Assembly (NCBI RefSeq): GCF_964204645.1
Contig: NC_134028.1
Span: forward strand, 26,532,345-26,596,344
Source of the DNA: Tubulanus polymorphus
Lineage: Eukaryota; Animalia; Nemertea
Length of the DNA: 64,000 nt
Direction of reading: 5' to 3'
Shown here: piece by piece, positions 1-12,500 of the stretch
How positions within the stretch are numbered: position 1 is the first letter of the stretch
Layout of the letters: every line of letters starts with the position of its first letter
Notes under the pieces: model-generated
What the model was told of the DNA's origin: nothing
The model's database searches: none
What the model saw: the letters and a program-made list of their open reading frames with translations, nothing else
Translations under genes and position numbers: made by a program

Positions 1-49
1 TCTGACAAATGAGAAACCGGAATTTCATACTGAATAAACACATTTTTAC

Positions 50-642
50 CTGGTTTTGTTTGTTTTTGTGTTGACGTAGGTACTTTTGTAAAAACCGACG
101 ATTCCGTTATCCAAAGACCCGTCGAATTGAAGATCTACGCCGACGATGCTGCCTTTCTTGATCGTATGTTTCATTTCAATCACCCAAAACTGATTCGGTT
201 CGTAGTAAAAAGTTCTCTGTATCGCCAAACCATTTTCGGTCGCCCTCCTTTTTCGTTCATCGCTACCATCGGCTGCCGTGGTTTGCGTGGTCGCTTTCAA
301 TCGAACATTCGTTGAAGATATCGTCAAGTTTAGGGCGTGCACCAAAATGTGTCTCGTCTCCTCACCGATTTCGATATCGATACAAACGTTTCCGTAGAAG
401 TGGGCGGCTCCATCGTAAATGTCCGGATACAGCGTCAAATTGTAGTGAATCGGGACGAATTTCTGATTGAGTCTTAGATTGAGCCACGGCTGGGCGCCCG
501 GTATCGCGTCCCCACCACTAGCATCCGGACAGTACTTACCGTAGTACGTGGCGACGCCCACAATAATTACCACGACAATCCAAAATAAAGTGTATAAAAC
601 GAGTTTCAATCGCGTGCAAAATACTCCTTTTTTGATTTCCAT
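50..642 (-). CDS. M1-family membrane aminopeptidase (aminopeptidase N/glutamyl aminopeptidase-like), first coding exon; gene continues beyond the left edge
   Basis: Short cytoplasmic tail and TM anchor (LVLYTLFWIVVVIIVGVATYY), then the M1 N-terminal pattern LRL...PIHYNLTLYPD...FYGNVCI...ILVHA...FDGSL...GFYKSTY. GT donor at 49 on the minus strand. Confidence 0.88.
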
Positions 643-3019
643 CTTGGAAGCGGAATCCAGGAGTGGATCAAGAACGTAGTGCGCACGTCATATACTCGAT
701 CGCTCCAGTTGTGAATGAGTATTTTATCAATCAGTGGTTGTTAGAAAGGTTATCTGTATAGTTTTATGTCGTATATAAACTATATTGAAACAGCGCCTGT
801 TATCCGTTGAGATAATTGGTTTAGAAAACTCCAGGAAATCAAATTCCTTCTCTCGACAACTGATGATAATGAGATAGAACGCTTAAGATAAACTCACTGA
901 AAGTACGCGCGTGCAGCGTGCCCGACTCGATCGCGAATTACTATATGAATACAAAGCAGGAACTGCACCAGAGGGCGCTAAATAATCTTAATACTGGTGT
1001 ACTCATCTGAGGGATGAACTCTAATACTTGTAAAATATTCTCCAACATTCGAAGTCTCGACAAGGAATAGCAATTTAAGATACTACTTTCTTCTCATTTA
1101 TTAGCTCAAAATGTTGGCAGATTTGCTGACTAGGAGGGTTTAAAGCCTTGCATACCTGGTTCTATATCCTCTCCGTACATGTACATATTATTTTGTTACT
1201 TGGTAACTTGCATTAATATTAATTTTCTCACCCTCCCCCATTGGATCCGCCCCTGTAACCGTTCTTATTCCTCCTTAAAACCATGGAGATAATCGGAGTA
1301 TAAATGCATGAAGGCTGGTTTATGAGAATATAGTTGTGTGGTAAGTGGGACATTGAGGGCTTTGTCATTCGATTTCGTGCTCATTCCAACGATTATCTCG
1401 TGTCAACACTGCGTGGATTTGTTTGTTGATAGTCCTCGTATCATTGGTCAGTTAGCTGGTCATCCATCGATTCATCCCGCAGGATTATAAAAACTTTGAT
1501 CTCGTTTATGATGAACATAACGAGTCAATGGATTGGATATGCTTCACCGCATTTCGGGCATTATCATCATATATGAGGCGATTCCTATAATCAGGAAAAA
1601 GGTGATCGGCGCGGTGACAAAACAACATCCATAAAATATATGGCTTTCACTGAGATTCGTTGGAATTATCATCATTCATTCTTCGTTTTAGTGGATATTC
1701 GTATAAATCTTGAAATACTGATTAGTTGAAATTGTTAATTCTGATATCAATAAATTGAACAATGTCGCGGTGTGAGTAGTGTCCAAATATCACATTAGAT
1801 GGCGAACGAGTGGAATTGGCTGTCATTAGGTTTTCAGTTTTTAACTTTTCGAGAAAAGTCTTCATATATTCCCTATCGCTCGAATGACTGATGAGCAGTA
1901 CTAACAAAAGAGCGGAGAGTTGTTAGCGCGGAGTTGGTTACGGGGTTAAAACTTGTGTGATGAGAGCGAGGCGGACATTTTCACGGAAATAACGCGTTCG
2001 AAATTTAAGGTTATGAACTAAGTTCTCGCAGGTTTCGCCAGTTCCACGACGGTACGGTTGACCGGACTTTCCAGGCGAAGGCAGGGTCATTCGCATGTCG
2101 TCAGATTACCTCAGAGAGACTGCGACCCGGCATTTACTCGAGGATCGCCATCAGATCAATCTCAGACATCCTCTCCGGAAGAGAGTCGAACTTGAAGGCA
2201 TCGAGACTACGATTTCCTTTACCCAAATTCTTCCCAGACTCTCTAATCATCTGGGATTTAAAAATTATTCTCGTTAGTTATACTGGCTAACATTAATGAG
2301 ATTTAACAATACACTGAGAAATCTGGTTGGCAACAATCAAATATCAGGAAAGTTATCCACCGAAAACGGTATTCAGTTTGGTGATAAACAATACCGATTA
2401 AAAACATACTATTATAGAGAATCATTGAAATTGTCATATTTATTCTTAGATTTAATAGATGTGGTTGGATCTTGCCATAACGGAGAAATATGAGCGCGAA
2501 GTATTCGAAAAACGACCATTTAGAAAGATTTTATGTCAGAGTAGTGTCCAAATTTTACAATAGATGGCGATCCGGATGATTCTGCGTGTCTAAATTACTT
2601 GGCTTAATTAATCCATCGAGATGGTTTGTAGACATCCTTTTTAAAGATCTCCGCACCAACAATAAACAACACTATATTCAGAGATAACTTTCTTACATAA
2701 AAGTTTATTTCAAAAATTATGAGAAAATCTACGATTACAAAATGAAACAAGTACCGCTTACATACAAACCCCTCCGCCAGAGTTTTAATTACATCAATTT
2801 GTTACTTAATCTCTTATTGTAAGTAAATTAAAGTAAAATAATGATGAAAAGTTCAAAAATAAAACCTAAATGAGTTTGGCTTTCGATAAAAGTCATGGAA
2901 TGATTTGTAAAATATATGGTCAAACTCCCTTAAAGTCATCACTGATAGTCATAATGATGACTTAATATCAACCGAATAACGACTCAATCTCTGTAAATTG
3001 AATTGTAAATACAAATCAG

Positions 3020-3161
3020 GGGCCAGTTGCACAGTCGTGATTAAGTCCAAAAGTAAGTCCAAAAGTGGTCTTAAATCTGGTCTCAGGTTGTTAGATTGGC
3101 TATAGAACTAAGTTGGTCTAAGACTGGTCTAAAGTCTAAGCCATGACTATGCAACCGGCCC
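3020..3161. mobile_element. PIF/Harbinger-type (Tourist-like) MITE, copy 1
   Basis: Terminal inverted repeats GGGCCAGTTGCACAGTC / GACTATGCAACCGGCCC flanked by a 3-bp CAG direct repeat. Related copies at 19968-20091 and 23739-23842. Confidence 0.75.
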
Positions 3162-3597
3162 CAGGACTGAAAAATAGAGTTGAGTTCAGTAATTTGAATA
3201 TTTATCTCAATGAAGATTCGAGCGAGTTTGGCAGTAAAGATATATACATGAACTGGAAACAATACATATTCAATTACATTGACTCATAATAAATAATATT
3301 TATGTTAATAATCTTATCTAATTAGTAGATTCGGTGGTTGTGTATGAGATCACAGGATCGAGTTCCACGCATTCAATAGAGATTCAATAATAAACATTCA
3401 ACTCAAATATGTGTGAAACTGTGTCTACAATCATCAACAAATCATCACTAGAAATTATTCTCATGCTAATTTAAAACATTGTTCATTGACGTTTTGTGCA
3501 GATTGATCATTGTTGTTGTTGTCGTCATCTATTTCTATGCGGAACCGGCCGTTTCTTTTTTGTTGGAATGATCACGTATTTCTAAGCGACTCATCGT

Positions 3598-6500
3598 CTA
3601 TTCGGTTTTCTCAGTTTTCGGTAGAACGTGATTTGCCGTGAGGATTCGGACGACCTCGGCAGCGGCGAACAAAACGAAAACAGCCGTAATGAAATAAAGA
3701 ATACGATACGCAGACCACATTCCGTAGAGGATAGAAATTACACCGCAGAACAATATTCCTCTCGCGATCAGAATCTTCAACCAACCATTATAACTGAAAT
3801 AAAATTCAAATAATGCGTCAGTTACAATATGGGCAAATCCAGGGGAGGTGGGCGCCCCCTCTTTTTCGGTCGATAGATCTTGGAATTTTCTCTCCAAAAA
3901 ATCCCTGATTTCCAGATAAGTGGCCACCCTGTCATTGGTCAATTTTGAGCGATGATTGACTATGTACTACAGTAGAACAAACTGAATTCTGATCATTTTG
4001 GATCAATGAAATTCATCCAGTTGATGAGAAATCTGGATCAAACATCCCATATACATTAATGTATAGATGGATCAAAAATGATATCTGGATAAAATCAAAA
4101 TGCGGATTTAACTGATCCGGAATAAGCAGGTTTTACTCGCTCTAATTCGTTGTCGTTCTGGTAACTGGGATCTGGACTTACCTGTACGAATTCTTAGTTT
4201 GAGTTAGCGCTAAAACGAGTAAACATGCCGATATAACAAGAGCGCATACCCGCGTCGGATCCACGTTCAGGACTGGCCTGTGAAACGAAAAAGAGAAATA
4301 AGTAAATTTCAGATGATTATCGTAAATTTAAAGAAATTCGAGGTTTGAGATTCACTTACTGTTTGTAAGCTACTATCATCATCAGTGAGGGAACTGTGAA
4401 AATCTGCATCACAAACAATATCAATAACAATGAAATATTGATCTCGTAAATTCTCCGTCCGTCCTCATCTTTATCTAGAGACAACGCAGATACCTGCAAC
4501 AACAATAAAATACAAACAATTACCAACACAGACTAGCTAAAAAAGAGACGACTACACCAAAATCAAGCTTAAGTTTGTTTCATCAAATAGAAATCAAATC
4601 GTTCACAAAAAGCTTTGTGATTACTTTGCGCCTACGAGCAAAATGAGCATTGAGATGATTGCTTGTAAGTGAAAATATCAACCTAGAAATGCAGTAGCGA
4701 GTCCTGGTCGCTGAGATTTACTGAGTCCTGGTCACTGAGACACGTACCTTATGAAGGAACAGCAGGAATGTAAGCAGTAGTGAAATAGCTCCTGAATAAC
4801 GAGAAGCAACGACCGCCAAACCTAACACTAACATTCTATATATCAACTGATAAAACGATACCAACAGAATCGAATCCCTGAAAAAGAGAATGATATTAGT
4901 TTGTGAAAGGCAGTAAGTGACTTGTTATCTCACAATTGAGGAAATCCCAGTTTCAAAACCATTCCTCTCATTGCAGGGTGGCCACATTTATTTGACTTCA
5001 TTTTCCCCTGACTATTCCCTGACATACACGTTGTTTCCCTGGACTAGATCCAATGAATTAACACAAGTCAACTACGTAAGAAATAGACACGGAAACTAGT
5101 TGGATATATGTGTGATCTAGCAATCTCAACACATTGCCCAGACTTATCCTTATCCCTCACTTTAAGCTTTTCTTTTTAAGAAAAGAAAATTCCCTGACTT
5201 TTCCCTGATTTCCAGGTAAGTGGCGCCACCCTACTTTGGTTTGGAAAAGTAATGAAAACCAGATACCATACTTTTACTTACTTCGGAATGAAAATACCCA
5301 GTATTTTACCGTAAATCTTCGTAACGAAAAGCATGATTTGAGTAAGAGCGAGGCCGGGAAATCCGACAATCGAAAAGAACAGCGGGATGTTCGTGAACGA
5401 CCACAAACCGATTTTAGACAGACGCACGAAATCTAACAACGGGATTCCTAATGAGTATACACGATTTGATACACTTTCAAAACTGCAATTATAAAACATA
5501 CACATGTACTTATACAACACAAATACATTTATCCCTAAATATAATTTATAATATACTCAAATTAGACAAAAAATACCATGATACATGAATTAAACAAGCA
5601 CTTCAATACAGGGATAAAGTCAATCTCAATGAATATTGAATTCACCAGAATTGAGTCGCCCAATTTTTGCGAAAGACAGCCCTGAATAACTTACCCCATT
5701 AAAGATGTAGTTGGCATCACAAATGGGAATATATTTGGAGGTGTTAAACCTTGTATGAAGCATTCTTTAATACCGACAACTTTACCCTCTGTAAGTAAAA
5801 CAATGCATTGATAGTTTTAGTTGATTCGTTTCAATAGGGGGATGCACATTGAGTATGTAGGTTCAATCTTGTTAATTTTCATCTAACCTCTTCTAAACAT
5901 TCAGGTGCAAGAGGGGACTATGGATTATACTGAATGGCATATCAATGAAAGAAACCCATAATATCAATTAAAATTGTAGTTAAAAATTCTTTGATTTTTT
6001 TTCAAATAATCTCTGATGATGGGTGGAAGGATTCCACCTGGAACGTTAGAAAACAACTATAATAATTTTTTTTAATTGACATTGTGGGTTTCTCATATTC
6101 ATCAAGACTGAAAATAGTCTCAACTATCTACAATACTGAATGACTCTTACTGATCTAATAATGTTATTCATGTAAAACAAGTTGAACTGTACATCGGATA
6201 AATTCTCCCAGAGCTGAGGGTGTGGAAACAGTGGATACAGGATATGTGTAGTGGATACAGGATATGGGTGGAATCGGTGGACACTGGTACGTACCATTGA
6301 GGGTTCGCAGTTGCCAGGCCAGTGATAGTAAAATACTGGCCATGAAGAAACTCGGAAACAGGTAGAAATGATATCTGCAAAACTGAAATATAACAATAAG
6401 AAATTAATCGAACATCTTAAAGTCAGAACGTCGTGTATCATTATAGGAATCAGAAATACCTTCTTAAAGTCAACACGCAATATACAAACAGCCCTTACTG

Positions 6501-9500
6501 CGTAGAATATAAAAACCTCTACGCAATTCATCGGAAATTGATTGCGCAAACAGTGAATGATCATAAGTCAAACGCCGTAAAAATTTTATTGCGCGAAATT
6601 TTGCGGAAATTGCGCAGAATTTTCATAAACAATGCGTAAATGTAACGGAAGAGACGACGACAGTCTGAGAGACGACGCGTCGAGTATAGTCAATAATTAC
6701 ATCAATACTGATCGATCTGAAGCCGACAACCAACGACAGACGGTCGGTCGGTCGGTCGGTCGTATTGAGCATTTCATTACATCCGGTTTATTCATCGAGA
6801 TACTATGGCAACCCCTACACTACTCCCCCTCCCCCTTCCCTCCTACACTACTCCCCCTCCCCTCCCCTCCCAACTCAATCCCTACACTACTCCCCCTCCC
6901 CTCCCCCTCCCAACTCAATCCCTACACTACTCCCCCTCCCCTCCCCCTCCCAACTCAATCCTTACACTACTCCCCCTCCCCTCCCCCTTCCAACTCAATC
7001 CCTACACTACTCCCCTCCCCCTTCCCTCCTACACTACTCCCCCTCCCCTCCCCTCCCAACTCAATCCCTACACTACTCCCCCTCCCCCTTCCCTCCTACA
7101 CTACTCCCCCTCCCCTCCCCTCCCAACTCAATCCCTACACTACTCCCCCCTCCCCTCCTCTCCCAACTCAATCCCTACACTACTCCCCCTCCCCTCCCCC
7201 TCCCAACTCAATCCCTACACTACTCCCCCTCCCCTCCCCCTCCCAACTCAATCCCTACACTACTCCCCCTCCCCTCCCCTCCCCCTCCCAACTCAATCCC
7301 TACACTACTCCCCCTCCCCTCCCCTCCCCCTTCCAACTCAATCCCTACACTACTCCCCCTCCCCTCCCCCTTCCAACTCAATCCCTACACTACTCCCCCC
7401 ACCCCCTCCCCCTCCCAACTCAACCCCTACACTACTCCCCCCTCCCCCTCCCCCTCCCAACTCAACCCCTACACTACTCCCCCCACCCCCTCCCCTTCCC
7501 AACTCATCTCTAGTATTGGATGAAAATATTAAAAAAATTCTCATTTTTTTTTTACTATAGCATCGCACACTAGCAGCAATACACGATAGGTGAAAACAGT
7601 TCTCGGACTCAGGTTTCAATTCACTGAAATTACCATTTCTTATTACTGTCCCAAAAGGGCACTTTGATGTCAAGAAAATCAATAGAGACACTACTGCATT
7701 GAAATGCCTTTGTGACTTAATAGAAAAGGGCACTTAAAAATGTTAGAATGCAGTAAAACATCACTCATTGAACAATGACAAACGCCTTACGACTTTCTAC
7801 ACATATTCCTGGTCATTTATTGCCAATTTGTGGCTTAAGATGAGAAGAGTGACAAACATTTCCTCACAACCGCAATCAATTATAATACGATTAATGCCCG
7901 ATAGTAACTGGATCGTAAAGGGTTAAAGTTGAAAAGTTGGCCTTTTTATGACTCGTTCCGCGTCGATATCGTCGCCAGTAATGCGATTATTAACTATGGA
8001 TTTAATGTTCAAAGATCGTAGCTAAATAGAGGGATTAACATAATCATCAGACACATGTTCTACTAATAGGTCTGTTAAATAAACACTATATGATCAGCGC
8101 ACATCATCACAGTCATTAGCCTATTGACCTGTTGACACCTATGACAGGTAATATAGAGGTATTGTTTGAGACAGTGAGGGGTGGATATTTATCTGATTGG
8201 ATAATACACCCCCCTGAGTTAGAGTAGTCACCACATGTATACTCGAGTGTAAGACAGTTCGTGTGTATTAGTCCCGATGAGTAAGTTCTAATGTGACTGT
8301 AATTTTTGAATGGCAAAAATATCTGTAACGGATTGCATCAGTTTGACTTGCATCAGATTACATCGTACCAGGTCGACCTGCACCACATTGACTTGCATCA
8401 AATCAAGTTGTGCTTCAACCTGGACCAATTCTAGTGACACCAGTTTGACCTGCACCAGATCAAGTCGTACCAGTTCGACCTGCACCAGATCGACTCACAC
8501 CAGTTCTAATCACGGTCAGATCGCTTCACATTGAATTGAATCGCACCAGTTTGACTCGCAGGAATAGCAGAGCAGTCAGTCCTGCGCGCTCTCCTCTCTC
8601 TGTCCTCATTGTGTCAGTGTCGCAGTGATTTTTCAGACGGTATAGATTTTTTTCACCGCGAGGATGCGACGATAAGCGAGGATGCGATGTGAACGCTAAC
8701 TGTGTAATATCATTAGATACAAGCACAACGTGTCGATATCATTAACACTGATATAAACTTGACGTCCTCACGTAAGTACAAACCTTATTCGATGTTGTGA
8801 GTTTTATGGCAATTTTCTCATAAGATTATGATTCAAAATTTTCAACAGTTATTTGGTCTGAGATTTCGGTTTAGCACCTTCACAGTGGCGCCATTTACAA
8901 ATTCAGAGACATTTCTATGTTTTAAATGCTACAATTCATTCATTTTTCATTGAATCAAGTACTGATAAAGAAACACGTGGTCAATCCCTGGGTTTTTCAG
9001 GTTTTTGGTAAATTTTGTTAAATTTCCTTTCCCTGATTTTTTCTAGATTTTACTGATTCCATGAGTTAGGTGTGTGGGTGACCAATTGGGTGTGTGGGTG
9101 ATCGGTTAGGTGTGTGGGTGACCGGTTAGGTGTGTGGGTGACCAATTGGGTGTGTGGGTGACCAGTTGGGTGTCTGGATGACCAGTTAGGTGTGTGGGTG
9201 ACCGGTTGGGTGTGTGGGTGACCAGTTGGGTGTCTGGATGACCGGTTAGGTGTGTGGGTGACCGGTTGGGTGTGTGGGTGACCGGTTGGGTGTGTGGGTG
9301 ACCGGTTGGGTGTGTGGGTGACCGGTTGTCAAACTGATATTTCACTTACTTCTCGCTGCAGTCAGTTATTAATGATAGATTCATTTCCTATATTGAAGTC
9401 GGATATGAGTGTATGAGGGTTCATTATCACGAGATCTCACAGCAGCTCATAGATTATTAAATCTGACACAGGTCAGTACAACACCACATAACCATTATTA

Positions 9501-12500
9501 CAGTAAACCTTACTTCTTGGTTAGATAAAAACAGGGCTAGATTTAGAATCGGGGGCCCTTAATTTCCTAGGCTGAGTATAAACATTACATGGAACATGAC
9601 AGCAAACACCATAGGCTTGAAGCATTTTAGACAGGGCGGCAGTTTGGGACCCTTCGAGATAATTCAAAAAGAATTGATCAACATCTAGATCTAGACAAAA
9701 TGTGTAACAATCTAGGCAAAAATAGCCTTTTTCGTTATTTAGTTAAATCGGGACCTATAGGTCGTGCTTGGGTACTAAATATAGTTAGTAGACACGACAA
9801 GGCTAAAAACTGATATAAATAAAGTTGTCTGGTCATCAATGACCCTAATGAACACTTGGTCAGTCGCTTCAGGGTATGTTTGATTCATGAGAAACATGTT
9901 CAAAAAGAAATAATAAAACCTCTATATAGATCTATAGGGTAAAATGTGGGTTGAACAATGAAACCATGGAAATCAGCAATCATCGGTGAAATATTCGAAT
10001 CGCGAAAAAACATAAAAATTTCAATTCAGCCGATTAAATCTGATTCTATTCACTATCAACATAATTGACAATTGTTAAGGAACGGACATTACAGAAATGC
10101 ATTATTCTCACATGAGCCATATACACAGGACTAAATGAGTTTGTTTGTTTATTTGAATAGAGACATAGAAATCACCATTTAATGTTCGACTATATTTAAT
10201 ACATAGGTGTTTGAATTAAGGGGTATTGTCAGTTTATGAGGTCAGAGTTTAAGGGGGGGGGGGGGGGTGAGTGTTTAACTATGAATCTGTGAATGCATGT
10301 ACTTTTATAATATTGAGTCTATTAGTTCAGGTTGCTGTGTTGTTGTGCTAAACGTTGAAATATTCAAATTCCTTCAATTGTGGATTATTGTAATCGAGGT
10401 AAACCGAGGAACTTTTTGAAAATGTTTAGAAATGAACAAGGATTGCTCGAAAGATAACCGGTGGATAATTAATATAGTAAAGATGAACTTTTAATCGTCA
10501 CTACGTCAACTATCATCCGGTAAACTAAAAACAACTTTTGAACAACTGGCCCCTCGGACCTTTTGAAAGGGAACCGCAACTGAGAGACTCGTAAACTCAT
10601 TGTAGTTAGGCAAAAAGTAAGGAATGTTTGATAGTAAAAACATTTTTTACAAATTTTTGTGAATAGTAAGAACTTTTTAAGAATGCTTTTTAAAGAATTT
10701 TTTCAAAACTAAGCACTTTTAAGCACTTTGGGGACTTGCCTTCATCCTGTATGAAATGAATGATTGAATATATCTATAATTGTAGGACATCGCGCCGCGA
10801 ACAATGTTCATTTCAAACGGTGAGACCGGTAACCACGACGACCATTGTAGCGAGTCGGAAAGTTTCGCACACGCGAAAACTAGTTTTATAGGACCCGATT
10901 CGATAACAGTTTTAATAAACGCGAAAAACACAGCAGCTGCTCATAAACCAGACAGGAGCAGCACGGAGAGCAGTTCTACTGGTAACCACGACGATCACGA
11001 TGAATGTTATGAACAGTCCGCATTGTTGCAGCATCGACAGCGGCAACGAGTAGACAGCGTTCGATCTAGCGAGTTCGAATCGGATGGAATCGTCGAGTAT
11101 TTATACAACGGTCGACGTTCAACTGCGACGACGACGTTCAGCGTTCAATCGAACATCCGAGTGAAAAAACGTTCAAAATCGGCAGCGACGTTCAACGAGA
11201 ACACTATGAATTATAGACTTCGTAGAACGTCGTCGGCTGTGAACGCAGATGAGAGACTTCTCAAACGCAGAGACAAAACGGTGAATCTTTATTTTCTCGA
11301 TAACGCTGGGAAAGTGAGTCCGGCGGGTAAGTCTAATATCAGTTACGACTGTGACGAGGGATTCCTGTCTACGTGCGACCGGGTCAGTCCGTATCGGACG
11401 AGAGCGCCGCCTGGTGCCGGCGATATGCACCGGATTACTCATCAATTAGCCGATATGTCGTTGTATTACGCAACGGAACGCAAGCATCAGACGCCGACAC
11501 GCGGCAGACCGAGTACAACGACGACCGATCGGCAAACGGAAACAGAAAACCCTGAGAAAACGGGTAAAACAGAGACCAAAAACTCGGAAATTCTAAAGCG
11601 ACAAGAAACAGAAGTTAAAACTGCTCCGAAACAACCGGAATTGAAACGATCGAGACCTTGGACGACCGGACGAACGACGTGCGCGAAGGAACGTTCGCTG
11701 TCTAATAAACTATTAAACGTGGTATCTATCGACGATTCACCGCTCAGATACAGCTTCGATCCGTATGCTAATATTCATAGTGTCGTTAACTCACGCGTAA
11801 CCACGACTACTGACGACGACAGTCAAACAGACGCGAGTCTCGTATCATCGGCTAGAACGGAGAGCGGTATCTACGACATGAGAATCCCGGCAGACGACGA
11901 TGATGAAACCGCCGGTCAGACGTCCGAGATGAGAAAAGATGAACTCTATACGTTACTGTTCGATGAAGATATGGTTATAACGAACAGAGCGGTCGATCGC
12001 GGGTTCGGGTGTTTGTTGAAACCGTCGCGAAATAACCCGGTGATCGACGGCGCATGCTACCGCGGTCTGTATCGATACGACAACTCGCGACGTCATAAAC
12101 TACGCCCGACGCGCGGCAGTCGACATTTTCAGAGGATGCTGGCGACGCTGCGTCTGCAGCTACTGATGGGCGAGAACAGTCCGACGCGAGAACGATTCGT
12201 GAAATCGTTGCAGAAATATTCAAGCGATAATAAAGCGCCTTCGGTAAACGGGAAAAAACACGAACCAATGAGCAGCCTAGCGGGTATAGCTGAATAAAAC
12301 CTAACTGATAAAGCCTAAATCAGATCGTCAGATCATAAGCAGTGAAATCTGTAATTTTTTAGATCGGTGAAACCTTTTCGACATGAGTTTACTCACGTAC
12401 ATGATGGATTGATCGCTAATAGATCGTAAGAATAGAACTAGTTCTATTTCCCACAACTGATCTTAATATCATAGCCAATCAGCGATGAGTATTGCGTCAT

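Noticed and set aside
3598-6382. Separate membrane-protein gene
   Set aside because: The exons match the PGAP1 C-terminus and splice in phase to exon 13232-13300.
6632-7560. Three overlapping Pro-rich extensin-like ORFs of 250-290 aa
   Set aside because: All three frames are open because the C-rich minisatellite lacks stop codons; unit lengths are not consistently multiples of three.
7907-8022. Possible alternative terminal PGAP1 exon ([12 protein letters not shown]) after an AG on the minus strand
   Set aside because: No homology or other support; short open frames like this arise by chance.
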